IMG/VR virus record: IMGVR_UViG_3300005573_000084
DNA from: an uncultured virus (IMG/VR IMGVR_UViG_3300005573_000084)
Lineage: Duplodnaviria > Heunggongvirae > Uroviricota > Caudoviricetes
Length of the DNA: 64,000 nucleotides
Reading direction: 5' to 3' (one strand)
A program made the translations under genes and the position numbers. This document shows positions 19,890 to 30,711 of this stretch, one piece after another. Under the pieces are notes generated by a model that was given only the letters and a program-made list of their open reading frames with translations, was not told the DNA's origin and did not search any database. How positions within the stretch are numbered: the first letter of the stretch is position 1; every line of letters starts with the position of its first letter.

Positions 19890-21329
19890 TTATTCATCGT
19901 CACCTTCTTCGCTTTTATCCTCTTCGTCATATATATCATGGCCACTCCAAATTTCAATACCATTAACAGTTTCAATATCAGATGTTTCAAAGAGATTTAT
20001 AGTATTAGATTTATGTGTTATTCCACGAGATAATGTTGGATCTGGAAACTTATCAAAATTTTCTTGTGCCTCCTTCAATTCTTTTTCTTTTTCTTTTAAC
20101 TCACCCGTTAATTTTTTTATCTTTTCTTTAGTTTCTTGTAATTCATCTTTACTGAATCTTTTTGATGTCATACTCTCAAGGCGAGAAGAAATCTCTTTAT
20201 CATAAGATTTAAGCCATTCATCTATTTCTTGTATTGTTCTAGTTTTCTGAAGTATAAATGTTATAAATAATTCTTTTGCTTTATTAAATTTAAGATCAAA
20301 TGATAATTTATCTCTTTCATATAAAGTGTTTTTCAATTTTAATCTTGCAAGTTGCCATTTATAATCTTCAAGATACTGTTCAATTGAATCATAAGTTAAA
20401 ACTGTTCCGTCTTTTATAAAAACAATGTTTTCGGTGACAATAATAGAAAATGCTTTATTTATATAGTTAACGATTTCATCAAATTCTATTTGATTTTTAC
20501 CAAGATATATTATATCAATATTTACTTTAATGTTAGAATTATTAATGATCTTTATACTATTTTCATATTTATTTAGAAGATGGTCTAGTTTTTTTAGTAT
20601 AGCTTCATATCTAATAATAGGAGGAATTTCTCTTATACTTATTTTATTATTTTCTACAGTTATGTTAGATGAAATTAACCAGGATTTGTCTACATTTTGA
20701 AACTTTTCTATTTTACCGCTAAAGCCTTCAAAATAAGGGTTTAAGCTTTTTCGATTTCCTTTTAAAAAATCTTCTATATCTTTTAATTTTCTAGGGAGTA
20801 TGGTTGATTTATATCCTACTGCTATACCAACAATAGGAATAACCAAACCTATAGGAACATCTAACCACAATGGATCGTATGGCCCATCAGGCTCTCGAGT
20901 TGTTAAATGTTTATATTTGCTAATTATATTATTTACAGTAGAAGAAAGCCTCACTCCAGTGTATCGTGGAGCCGCCGGAGATGGAGATACTTCAGTTCCA
21001 AAAAATCCATCTCCCTCTAGTATTTGAAGTGCGTTTCCAAAGGGTCTAGCTAATTTATTAAGAGCATTTATACATGCAGCATCACCATGATGATAGCCAT
21101 CCTGTATAACCTTTCCAATTATTGTAAGAGTTTTCTGAAAACTGGTTGGCGAATTTTGTAATATATACCTTTGAACCGGAGTAAGAGCATCATAAAAATT
21201 AGGAATTCCTCGTTGCTCTAATACATATATAGCATAATCTCTAAATTTTGAATCAATAAATTTTGAAATTGGAAGGCGAATAATTTTTTCTTTATGTTTT
21301 GGTTTTGTTAAATCTTTTGATTTACGCAT
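19890..21329 (-). CDS. Type II topoisomerase subunit A (gp52/GyrA/ParC-like)
   Basis: RGIPNFYDALTPVQR, YHHGD, catalytic AAPRYT, GIAVGY. Confidence 0.93.
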   Translation of the reverse strand: MRKSKDLTKPKHKEKIIRLPISKFIDSKFRDYAIYVLEQRGIPNFYDALTPVQRYILQNSPTSFQKTLTIIGKVIQDGYHHGDAACINALNKLARPFGNALQILEGDGFFGTEVSPSPAAPRYTGVRLSSTVNNIISKYKHLTTREPDGPYDPLWLDVPIGLVIPIVGIAVGYKSTILPRKLKDIEDFLKGNRKSLNPYFEGFSGKIEKFQNVDKSWLISSNITVENNKISIREIPPIIRYEAILKKLDHLLNKYENSIKIINNSNIKVNIDIIYLGKNQIEFDEIVNYINKAFSIIVTENIVFIKDGTVLTYDSIEQYLEDYKWQLARLKLKNTLYERDKLSFDLKFNKAKELFITFILQKTRTIQEIDEWLKSYDKEISSRLESMTSKRFSKDELQETKEKIKKLTGELKEKEKELKEAQENFDKFPDPTLSRGITHKSNTINLFETSDIETVNGIEIWSGHDIYDEEDKSEEGDDE

Positions 21330-21481
21330 ATAAAGTTTTTTTATTTTTTGCTATTATTCAATACTCTCGTCATGACTTTTTCATGAAAAAGGTGTTTGCT
21401 TTTATATCATCAAGTTTTTTTAAAGATTTAAGATTGTACAGTCTTTTAGTTTCTTTTTTCAAGTATTTTCATTATAATTAG

Positions 21482-21516
21482 TGCAAATATAATCATTTTT
21501 TCTGACATGAAAAAAT
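21482..21516 (-). promoter_or_regulatory. Bacteroidota-type (-7 TAnnTTTG) promoter, copy 1
   Basis: Minus strand ATGTCA-N7-TGATTATATTTGCA; near-identical copy at 37269-37303. Confidence 0.65.
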
Positions 21517-21647
21517 ATTTTACTATAAAAGTAAAATTTTTTTGTTATTGCGTCTGTTTTTCCTAAAGAAGCTGACCCAAAAGCTGTACTAACCATAAAA
21601 GCAATTACGGTTATTTCTCTCTCCGGTAAATATAGATTAGTAAATAA

Positions 21648-21956
21648 TTATTTAAGTTCTTTTAGTATAGAAGCATAAGGATCTTCGTTTTCAGTAACTT
21701 GCTGAATTGGTTCTGATATGGTTTCTTCAATTATATTTTCTTCAATTATATTTTCTTCGTTTATAGGTTCTTCGTGTTCTTCGTGTTCTTCGTGTTCTTC
21801 GTTTATATTTTCTTCATTTATAGGATCTTCTATAATTTCAGATATTTCTTCATCTAAATCTTCAAGATTTTGAAAGGATTCGCCCAAATCATAAAAATTT
21901 TTAGGATTTGATGGATTATCTTTCCAGGGCCCCCATGGAGTAAGAGTTCTATTCAT
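21648..21956 (-). CDS. Acidic low-complexity protein with (EEH)n and NI(N/I)EE repeats
   Basis: Tandem ttcgtgttc repeats at about 21770-21800. Confidence 0.6.
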   Translation of the reverse strand: MNRTLTPWGPWKDNPSNPKNFYDLGESFQNLEDLDEEISEIIEDPINEENINEEHEEHEEHEEPINEENIIEENIIEETISEPIQQVTENEDPYASILKELK

Positions 21957-21957
21957 A

Positions 21958-22524
21958 TCATTTAATATTTTTTATTAGATCTCTTTTAATAGACTGAACA
22001 TGCTCAGGATTATTTATATAATTTAAATGACAATAAGTTTCAACTAATTTATTAAATACCTTTTTATTTTCTACTAAATTTTTTCTATTGACATTATTTC
22101 TCTCTAAAATCTTATATATTTCTTCTAAGTGTATTTTTGTGTCAAATTCGTCAGGAATTATACTAAATGACATTTTTGGTTTTATTTCAACGGGTGTTTC
22201 AGTACTTTCGATTAATTTATTTTCAAAATTAACTTCAACTTTCTTTGATAGTGTAGCCTGATAATCACTTTCCCAGGGTTTAAATCTTGTGTCATCTGCT
22301 ATTATTTCTAGAGATATTTTTCCTGTATAATTTTCTTTTAAGATACCTTTAAGTTTAGTAATTGGAATTTTAACAGTTCCATCAGGTTTTATATCACCAC
22401 TAAATGATAATGTAAAATTTTCGGCTTCAATTAAAAGACGAGCCTCGCTATCAGATAATGATGCGCCTTCAATTTTTACACTACATTCAAAAATTTTATT
22501 TTTGTCAAGAAATAACTTGTACAT
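21958..22524 (-). CDS. Hypothetical phage protein
   Basis: 188-aa ORF in the operon. Confidence 0.7.
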   Translation of the reverse strand: MYKLFLDKNKIFECSVKIEGASLSDSEARLLIEAENFTLSFSGDIKPDGTVKIPITKLKGILKENYTGKISLEIIADDTRFKPWESDYQATLSKKVEVNFENKLIESTETPVEIKPKMSFSIIPDEFDTKIHLEEIYKILERNNVNRKNLVENKKVFNKLVETYCHLNYINNPEHVQSIKRDLIKNIK

Positions 22525-22840
22525 CTACTTTAATATTATTTTTTAAAAGTTCATTAACTATAATATCTATGTGATCTGCTGTAATAGTAATGTCTTCATT
22601 TTTATATTTATATGATATGTATTCACTATCATCTCCCTTAATTTTACAAACGATTTTTATTATCTTTCGTTTTTTCTCTTTAGATAATTTATTTAATTTT
22701 TTTAAATCATGTTCAGGTTTTCCGGAAAATGGAGCAGATAACGGAATAACCTCTTTAATAATAAACCCCACTTCTTCCCAGTTCATATTAACCGCTTCCC
22801 AGTTAATATTTAATTCTTCCCATTTATAGTATTGCCACAT
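22505..22840 (-). CDS. Hypothetical phage protein
   Basis: 111-aa ORF with W-x6-W-x6-W N-terminus. Confidence 0.65.
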   Translation of the reverse strand: MWQYYKWEELNINWEAVNMNWEEVGFIIKEVIPLSAPFSGKPEHDLKKLNKLSKEKKRKIIKIVCKIKGDDSEYISYKYKNEDITITADHIDIIVNELLKNNIKVDVQVIS

Positions 22841-22866
22841 ACGAACATTTTTTATATAGAATATAT

Positions 22867-22951
22867 ATTAAAAATTAACAATAATTTATGATAAAAACAT
22901 AAAAAAAAATATAATTTTCTTTAATAATATATATTATATAGTTAAAGTAAT
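22867..22951 (+). repeat. About 85-bp copy of the sequence upstream of tnpB (60799-60896, opposite strand)
   Basis: attaaaaattaacaataattt(a/g)tgataaaaac(a/g)taaaaaaa..tataattttctttaat...agttaaagtaat is shared by both sites. Confidence 0.8.
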
Positions 22952-22974
22952 AAAATATCTTAATATTTAATGAA

Positions 22975-23343
22975 ATGAGTTATGAATTAACAGGAAATCG
23001 TGTATCAGATACGTATATTAGATTAGTACAATGTGTAAGTGGTAATTATTATGATGGCGCCGGTAATCCTTTAAATATTACTGACGCTTCATTTAGATTA
23101 GACCCTTCTTTAGATTATGCAACATATGAACCTATGGTTTCAAATGTATCATTTAACTACGCAGGTGAACTAATAACTCAAATAATTACAACCAATATAT
23201 TAGGAACAAAGACTGTTGACTTTATTTATGATGCCAATGATGATATATCTGTTATAAATATAAATAATTATGGCAAATGGTTAAGAACTATTACGTTTGA
23301 AAAAGATGTAAATGAAAATATAACAGCAATTCACATTGCATAA
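22975..23343 (+). CDS. Putative virion structural protein
   Basis: First gene of the plus-strand island; LTGNRVSDTYIRLVQ...YYDGAGN type N-terminus. Confidence 0.6.
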   Translation: MSYELTGNRVSDTYIRLVQCVSGNYYDGAGNPLNITDASFRLDPSLDYATYEPMVSNVSFNYAGELITQIITTNILGTKTVDFIYDANDDISVININNYGKWLRTITFEKDVNENITAIHIA

Positions 23344-23376
23344 AATATATAAAAGGCAATTTAAAATTAAAAATTT

Positions 23377-26300
23377 ATGGCAGTTCAAACCGTCCCCAAA
23401 AGTGTAAATATAGATGACGTCATGACTCCTTGGTTTGTAGGAGTTTCGAAAAGTGCAGTTGCTACTGCTTTTGTTACAGCACCTATGCCTGTTCCTGGTG
23501 CTGACGTAGTTGCAACTGATAGACCAGCTCCTTTAGATGCTAACTGGAATGGTATTGCGTATGGAAATGAAATATTTTTAGCAGTATCAAGTTCTACTGG
23601 AGTTACGGGAGAATCTCCTTGGGCGGCATCTTCTGTAGATGGCAGTACATGGGCACTTAGAATTATGCCAGTTAGCGCTAGTTGGGGTTCTATTGCTTTT
23701 GGTAATGGAAAATTTGTAATAGTCGCGGATGGAAGTACAACAGTATTAGTAACAACAGATGGGTTTAACTGGCAAATTAATTCTTTAGAACGTAATGGAA
23801 GATATCTTTCTATTCAATACGGAGGAGGACAATTTATAACTATAGGTTGGAATTCATCTACAGCACAAGTATCGACAGATGGTTCTTTGTGGGAATACAG
23901 AGCATTGCCAGCTTCTAGAAACTGGAGTAGTTTAGCATATGACGCATGTTTAGGACGTTGGGTTGCAATTGCGTCAAATAGTGATAAAGGCGCGTATTCT
24001 GATGATGGATCTGTTTGGATTGAAATGAACATGGTTAAAAATAGCAGTTGGAATTCAGTTGCTAGTAATAATAGAGGAATGTTTGTTGCTGTCGCTAATT
24101 CTTTAGATACTTCTACTATTTCATATTCAACGGATGGCATAAATTGGAATTATGCAAATGGTGATACTACAGATTCTTTCGCATTAAAAGCTGTATGTTA
24201 TGCTGAAAACTATCATCCTGATTATGGAGCAAAATGGTGGGCATTATCTAATAATACAAGAAACTATTCGTCTGATAATGGAATAACGTGGGTAAGATCT
24301 TCATCGGTAACAACGGCTAAAGAATATACATGTGTAATTCCAGCTTATATTCCTTGGCGTACAAATGATACACTTATTATAAATAATGGCGCGGTTGTAA
24401 CAGTTAATACTAATCAAACTAAATTTTGGTCAGGGATAACTATAAATGATGGCGTATTGAATATTGTAAATTCATCTTCAACAAATGCAATAAGATTTAC
24501 AACAGGCAGAACTTCTGGCGCTGCCGCACAAACAATAGCTCCTGCGTCTGCACTAGGAAGCATAAATGTTCAAGGGGGATGGATTGATTTAAGTGTTGGA
24601 ACAGGATTACCGAATCAACGAATAACAGTGCCTTACACTGATTATGTACCAGCTGTATGGGTAGAAACTGAGAAAGATTCTTCTATATTTGAAATTTGGT
24701 TAAATGTAACTGGTTCTTATGGCGGAACAGTTCCTAAGTTTGTAGAAGGATTAGAATCTGTAAGTAATGGCCAAAGAGGAAAGTTTTTTGTTCAAGAACC
24801 CGCAGTTAATCAAGATACGATAATTCTTATTAATAACGTATCAACAAATATTCAATCACGAAGAATAATTCTTTCAGACACTACGGGATTATTTCCTGGC
24901 GCTCAAATATCATCAAAATCGTCACCAGCAATTCCCGCGGCTTCAGTTATTGAAAGAATTATTGATGGTTCAACAATTGATATAAATCTTCCATGTAATG
25001 CGCAATCTACAGTTGCAGATGTATCGATATATAATCCTTATGTCGCTCAGTTATCAAACGTTATAAGATTCGGAGATGGAATAAATGGAAATGTTATCCC
25101 AGCTGGAGCAAGAGTACGTATTCCTAATATAATGTTAACGAGTGATACTCCTGCAAACTTACAAACTTCGTCATTACGATTAAATCTAAATTTTGTGATG
25201 ACAAATGAAGGAAACATCAATCTTGAAAATTGTTTAATAGATGAAGCTTATATTGATTTCACACAGGCTCAAAGTGTAAGAATAAAAAATGTTGGTATGT
25301 GGAATCAATCAGTATTATCAAGATGTTATGACGTTAATATAGATGGTTTAGGTATTGCGCTTCCTCCTATAAGAAGATGGTATAATCCTGCGGGTGTTGG
25401 ATGGATAACTAGAGGTCTAAGAGATGATTTTACTTCAGTATTTATTTCTACTACTATTTACGCAACATATCTTAATAATATGTCTATTAATAATTTAGTA
25501 GCAGTTTCAAACGAATTAAGTATGACAGCGGGTACTGCGTCTTCTCCTTTAGGATTATTAAGTATCGGATATTCATCTGGAATAAAAGCGACTAATTTAA
25601 GACTTTATAAATTACAAAATTATATAGCTGGACACTATGGAATAGCTTTACGTGGATACGTTACCAATTCAAATTTTTCAAACATAGAAACCTATGGGAT
25701 GATGCCTGTAGCAATCTCATCAAGTTTTAATAATACATTTACTAATATTACATATTCTCATGATATGCGTAATATGACAATGGGATATTCTCCGGGACAA
25801 AGAATAGGATACGATCCGATTACAGATGAAAAATTAGTTGATAATACGCCATATTATTTCAAGGTTAGAAATTTCTTTACAAGAGATAGGTCTGTATATG
25901 TTGATAGTTCAGAATTTTCTTCTACACCATTTTTAGGTGATAAATATTTTCCCGATTATTTAACATGTTATGCTAACGCATCAAAGTCTGTATTATTAGC
26001 TTGGCCTCAAAGAGACCCAACTCATCAAAACCCGGCATATGAAATATATCGAGGAACTTCTCCAGGATTTACAAGAGATTTATCGAGTTTAATTTTTAGA
26101 ACTGATTCATCAACAACTTTAACTTGGACAGATACTCATACTAAACCAGTCATAACAGCTTCAACCTCTAGATCACTTACATTTGATGGTTCTACTTGCG
26201 GAAGAATAATATTAAGTGGAACTGCTCCGGGTACGTGGATCGATGGCTCTATTTTTATAAATGATAAACTTATTGTTACTGGTACTAATTTAAATAATGG

Positions 26301-28983
26301 AGTCTATACTGTTAAAGCTTTTGACTCTTCGCTAATATTGAGAGTAAATGAACCAATGGCTACAGAACCTATATATACTTCATCAGCGACTATTACAGTA
26401 GTACACGATAAAGTTAAACAACCATTAACAGCTTCTCCAGAAAGAACATTAACTTTTAACAGTGACAAAACTATAACATTGGGGGGTACTGATACATTTT
26501 CATCTTTTATCAATTTAGGTTTTATAGTTGGAGATGTAGTTGATATAACAGGATGTATGGATCCTACAAATAATGGTAAAAAAACTATAACTGCTTTAAC
26601 TCATAAAGTAATGACAGTTAGAGAGGCATTAGTAACAGAATCAACATATTCTTCATCTGCTACTATTGCTGGACAATCTATAAATGATGGTTCTACTTAT
26701 TATTATGTTTTAAGAAAATATGATCCACCTATGTTTGGATCTGCAACTCATGATAGTGCTGAACAAGAAGTTTATGTTCATGACCCAAACAAAATTTCAA
26801 CGAATAGACTTTTATACAATAACGCATTTGATAACGCTGTATGGATAAAAACAAATGCTACTGTAATAGCTAATCAGGCTATTTCCCCCGTTGCATTACC
26901 AAACGTAGCAGATACAACGTATGATGCAGATTTACTTGTTGCAACTGCTGATAATGGAAACATTTCTCAAAGATTCAAAACAGCTATAGATGCTTCTTAT
27001 AATTTTTCAGTATTTGTAGCAAATCAACCTTATAATTCTTCTTCGAATACAATATCCGGAGTTATAATGTTGAAAGGAATTAATAATGCTTCTACGAATT
27101 TTGTAGTGGATTCTTCTTTTAGAAGAGTGGATGTTACGTTAAAAGCAGACGCATCATCTTTAGTTGCAACAATTTTTATTAATAAAAATGGAGGACGTCT
27201 TCTATTAGCCGCAGCAATGGCAAATTTAGGAGAAACTCCCGACCCTCCAATACCAACGACAACGGCGCCTGTTACTAACGTGAATAGCACAAGATATCCA
27301 ATTCTTATGAGATCTTGGTGCCGATCTTATGGTAATGAAGATCATAACTCTGGAATTGAAATTCAATATCATGGAACAGTTCCAGCAGGTACTGTATGGA
27401 CTGAAGTTTATTGTAGTTCAACTCGAGGTTTTACACCATCTTTACAAAATAGAGTTGCAAATATTACAAATACTACGTATAATCCTTCAATTGTTAACTT
27501 ATATATCTCTAGTTATAACACAATCAGTAATATTACACAAGTTAATAAAGCCTTTGCTGCTACTTACGCAGCATACGCAATAGCAGGTCTTTATGGCTCA
27601 AATTCTACTATTAAGAATGCAAAAATGTATTTAAATTATTGTAATATAGCAAATTTAATATATTCCGCCACAGGATCATATAATATATTTATACATAATT
27701 GGGATGTAGGTGGATATAACAATTATACTTCAAAACCTATAGTTTTCAGAACAACAGTTGCTAACCTTGCAGCAGGAGTAACTATTCAAAATTTACGAAT
27801 GGATAATTCAGATAATCCTGTTAGTAGTACAATATCAAATACAATAATTAAAGGTATGAGTGGTGCCAATGCATCTCCTGCTAATAATGCTATAACTTAT
27901 CAATTGGGGTCAACTGTAGATGGCGCAGCAACTGAATATCTTGCCGTGTATGATTCCATATTTAATGAATTTTATTGGAGTGCTTCTACAGGAGCATTAC
28001 ACATTAATTTTAATGCTTCTTTAAAAAATCCTCCACCTTATGTTTTATTAGGTTCTTCAAAATTTTCTAATACAGGAAAATTATTTTTACAAAATCCTAG
28101 TGATGGTATAATTTACACCTGGCCTCATAGAATTTATGGAGTTAAAGGATTTAGAGCAGTTCCAAGAACTTATTTACAAGACGGTTCTATTTCAGGAATA
28201 CTAGATATGTATAAAGTAAATGGTCTTGATCTTGGAACAACAGATGATTTATTAGAAGGATTAGATATTAAATATGACATAGATAAGGGGTCTGGGTATA
28301 CAGGATTTAGAAGTTGTACTTCTTCAAATATGCTTGCCGAAACTATTTCTCCAAGTGAAGGTTTTCTTTTAAAGATAAAATTGGAAGCAGTTAAATTTAT
28401 GAAATACAGCACAAAATCAAGTGCATTCATTATCGGAGAAACTATTACGGGAAGAACATCAAGAGCAACCGCAAAAGTCGATAACTTGTTTGAAGTATCT
28501 ACTGGTTCTTTAATCGGAACAATTTGGGTATCTGATGTTTCTGGAACATTTATTGCAGGTGAAATTATAGAATCTTCAACTGGTGTAACTAGAGCTACGA
28601 ATGTGGCGACTAACATTTTTCCCTTTGGTCCTTCATTTACCTCTTATATCGATGGTCTTCAACTATATACTTATATTGATACTTCTGTTTTATATCCTTC
28701 TGAAACTATAACGCTTCAAATGATAGTAAAAGATGAATCAAATAATCCTATCGTAGGTGCGAATGCTTTTATAGATGATGCAGAAGCTACCGCTCCATTT
28801 ATAATGAATACGAGTACAAATGCCTCAGGTATTGCATCAGTATCATATTCTGGAGGACCTACTACAGGGTCAATTTGGAGAGTACGAAAATATGGATATA
28901 AACCATATAGTCAAAGAATAGATATTGAAGATGAAGATATAACTCTTCCTATTACTTTGATTGCAGATCCTCAACAAATATAA
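23377..28983 (+). CDS. Large tail-fibre/receptor-binding-like virion protein (1,868 aa)
   Basis: Asp-box/BNR (S-x-D-G-x-x-W) propeller repeats, beta-helix-like N/S/T-rich stretches, FN3-like YEIYRGTSPGF, C-terminal RVRKYGYKPY domain. Confidence 0.7.
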   Translation: MAVQTVPKSVNIDDVMTPWFVGVSKSAVATAFVTAPMPVPGADVVATDRPAPLDANWNGIAYGNEIFLAVSSSTGVTGESPWAASSVDGSTWALRIMPVSASWGSIAFGNGKFVIVADGSTTVLVTTDGFNWQINSLERNGRYLSIQYGGGQFITIGWNSSTAQVSTDGSLWEYRALPASRNWSSLAYDACLGRWVAIASNSDKGAYSDDGSVWIEMNMVKNSSWNSVASNNRGMFVAVANSLDTSTISYSTDGINWNYANGDTTDSFALKAVCYAENYHPDYGAKWWALSNNTRNYSSDNGITWVRSSSVTTAKEYTCVIPAYIPWRTNDTLIINNGAVVTVNTNQTKFWSGITINDGVLNIVNSSSTNAIRFTTGRTSGAAAQTIAPASALGSINVQGGWIDLSVGTGLPNQRITVPYTDYVPAVWVETEKDSSIFEIWLNVTGSYGGTVPKFVEGLESVSNGQRGKFFVQEPAVNQDTIILINNVSTNIQSRRIILSDTTGLFPGAQISSKSSPAIPAASVIERIIDGSTIDINLPCNAQSTVADVSIYNPYVAQLSNVIRFGDGINGNVIPAGARVRIPNIMLTSDTPANLQTSSLRLNLNFVMTNEGNINLENCLIDEAYIDFTQAQSVRIKNVGMWNQSVLSRCYDVNIDGLGIALPPIRRWYNPAGVGWITRGLRDDFTSVFISTTIYATYLNNMSINNLVAVSNELSMTAGTASSPLGLLSIGYSSGIKATNLRLYKLQNYIAGHYGIALRGYVTNSNFSNIETYGMMPVAISSSFNNTFTNITYSHDMRNMTMGYSPGQRIGYDPITDEKLVDNTPYYFKVRNFFTRDRSVYVDSSEFSSTPFLGDKYFPDYLTCYANASKSVLLAWPQRDPTHQNPAYEIYRGTSPGFTRDLSSLIFRTDSSTTLTWTDTHTKPVITASTSRSLTFDGSTCGRIILSGTAPGTWIDGSIFINDKLIVTGTNLNNGVYTVKAFDSSLILRVNEPMATEPIYTSSATITVVHDKVKQPLTASPERTLTFNSDKTITLGGTDTFSSFINLGFIVGDVVDITGCMDPTNNGKKTITALTHKVMTVREALVTESTYSSSATIAGQSINDGSTYYYVLRKYDPPMFGSATHDSAEQEVYVHDPNKISTNRLLYNNAFDNAVWIKTNATVIANQAISPVALPNVADTTYDADLLVATADNGNISQRFKTAIDASYNFSVFVANQPYNSSSNTISGVIMLKGINNASTNFVVDSSFRRVDVTLKADASSLVATIFINKNGGRLLLAAAMANLGETPDPPIPTTTAPVTNVNSTRYPILMRSWCRSYGNEDHNSGIEIQYHGTVPAGTVWTEVYCSSTRGFTPSLQNRVANITNTTYNPSIVNLYISSYNTISNITQVNKAFAATYAAYAIAGLYGSNSTIKNAKMYLNYCNIANLIYSATGSYNIFIHNWDVGGYNNYTSKPIVFRTTVANLAAGVTIQNLRMDNSDNPVSSTISNTIIKGMSGANASPANNAITYQLGSTVDGAATEYLAVYDSIFNEFYWSASTGALHINFNASLKNPPPYVLLGSSKFSNTGKLFLQNPSDGIIYTWPHRIYGVKGFRAVPRTYLQDGSISGILDMYKVNGLDLGTTDDLLEGLDIKYDIDKGSGYTGFRSCTSSNMLAETISPSEGFLLKIKLEAVKFMKYSTKSSAFIIGETITGRTSRATAKVDNLFEVSTGSLIGTIWVSDVSGTFIAGEIIESSTGVTRATNVATNIFPFGPSFTSYIDGLQLYTYIDTSVLYPSETITLQMIVKDESNNPIVGANAFIDDAEATAPFIMNTSTNASGIASVSYSGGPTTGSIWRVRKYGYKPYSQRIDIEDEDITLPITLIADPQQI

Positions 28984-28998
28984 CATAATAGATAAAAT

Positions 28999-30402
28999 AT
29001 GGCTATTAATAATGACTTTTTAATTAATTATGATACAAAAACTGTAACACATGTTAGTGGCACTACTGTTTACACTGTATTAGAATTCTTTCAATGGCTA
29101 GCAAGAACATTTGCCGAATCATCTCAAATGGACGATGATTATGCATTTGTATCTGATACACCTACTGTATATCGTTGGGTTAATGGTTGGGGATTTGGTA
29201 ATCCTACAGAAGATTATAAGTTTTTAAAAGGCGGTGGTATAACTTCATGGGATTCTAATTACGTTTGGTCTAACTTATATTCTATCGGAACACAAGAACC
29301 CGGAACTCAAATTGCTCTTTTCCAAAATGGTGAAGAAATTCCACATTGGTGGCCAACCGGAAACATAGATATACTTGTATTAGTAAAATCCAACGGAACA
29401 TGGATAAAATCGGTTAACACTGAAGGTGTTCCAACAGATGGAGGAGTTTGGGTTTATGCTAGAAAATATGGAGATTTGTATGACCATGGATATGTTAACT
29501 TAGCGGGTGGGGATAGAACTCCTGTGGGTGTGAACACTTCGCCCGATCCCGGTAACACATCACCTATAGAAGATGCTTCAAGATGGGCAAATGATCTTTC
29601 TATTGGATTTGGTCTAATTATGAGAAACTTAAATAACGGAGCAGGACCACAACCATATCTAGTTGAAATTGACTGTTCTAAACACACAATGACAGAAGTA
29701 TATGAAGCACTTAAGTACTTAACAAGATATGGTTCTTTAACACAATTAAATGGAGAACCTGGACAAGTATATCGTTCGGCAAGTGAAGGTTTTTATACAG
29801 ATGTAAAAGTTGCTCCATTCGGAACACTTGTAGGTAATACATTACACGGTGCTAGAGGCGTATGGTTTAGCAATTATGCATCGCAATCATTTGTATTAAA
29901 AGATGCTAACAACGTAATACAAACACCACCTAACTATCAAAAAGTTACAGTGAATCATGCTAACCTTGCAGGTTGTAATGTTTTTGTGGCTGAAATTTCA
30001 ACTAATGGTGAAATTTGGAAAGAAATGTATGGAATTGCAGAATCTAACACTTTTGGAAGTGTTATTAATGTATCAACAAACATTATGGTAAATAGAACGC
30101 CTCAATCAGGTTCTTTAAGAATAGGTGATGCAAGATACACATATACAAGCTTCGATGGTTCAGCATTCTTGGGCGTATCACCATCAGTAACAGGAGTATC
30201 AGGATATGTTTATGTTCCTCTACTCGATGGTTCAACTAATACAACTAGTATATCATCAGATAACATTATTTATGCATATAATATTCCAGTAAGAACAGTT
30301 GTACGTAAATATGGATTTAAGCCTTATACGGCTGATACAGAATTTGGACCAACTGGATTATCATTCTCACCTATCTTAACAGATGATTCTCAGGTAACAT
30401 AA
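28999..30402 (+). CDS. Putative virion structural protein
   Basis: G/T/S-rich; C-terminal VVRKYGFKPY domain paralogous to that of the upstream protein. Confidence 0.65.
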   Translation: MAINNDFLINYDTKTVTHVSGTTVYTVLEFFQWLARTFAESSQMDDDYAFVSDTPTVYRWVNGWGFGNPTEDYKFLKGGGITSWDSNYVWSNLYSIGTQEPGTQIALFQNGEEIPHWWPTGNIDILVLVKSNGTWIKSVNTEGVPTDGGVWVYARKYGDLYDHGYVNLAGGDRTPVGVNTSPDPGNTSPIEDASRWANDLSIGFGLIMRNLNNGAGPQPYLVEIDCSKHTMTEVYEALKYLTRYGSLTQLNGEPGQVYRSASEGFYTDVKVAPFGTLVGNTLHGARGVWFSNYASQSFVLKDANNVIQTPPNYQKVTVNHANLAGCNVFVAEISTNGEIWKEMYGIAESNTFGSVINVSTNIMVNRTPQSGSLRIGDARYTYTSFDGSAFLGVSPSVTGVSGYVYVPLLDGSTNTTSISSDNIIYAYNIPVRTVVRKYGFKPYTADTEFGPTGLSFSPILTDDSQVT

Positions 30403-30488
30403 AATTTTAGGTTTATATTTTTTACTAAAAATGAAAACAAAACAAGTTCCCGTTTTTACCAATAATATATAAAATAAAGTAATTTAAC

Positions 30489-30689
30489 ATGGAAAATAAT
30501 TTAAATGAAAATGAATTATTTAAAGATAATGAATTTTCAGAAAAAATAATTAAAGAAAATTTAAGAATAAGTAATTATGTAACCGGCCAAAGATGGGTAA
30601 CTCTTCATGGAGATTTTACATCTTCCGAACTATATGATATTGCAAACAAAATAGAAGCGGCATTCAATAAAGCATTTAAAAAAAAATAG
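30489..30689 (+). CDS. Small hypothetical protein
   Basis: 66-aa ORF preceded by an AATATATAA motif. Confidence 0.5.
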   Translation: MENNLNENELFKDNEFSEKIIKENLRISNYVTGQRWVTLHGDFTSSELYDIANKIEAAFNKAFKKK

Positions 30690-30711
30690 CAATCAATAAA
30701 TTTAAAATAAA

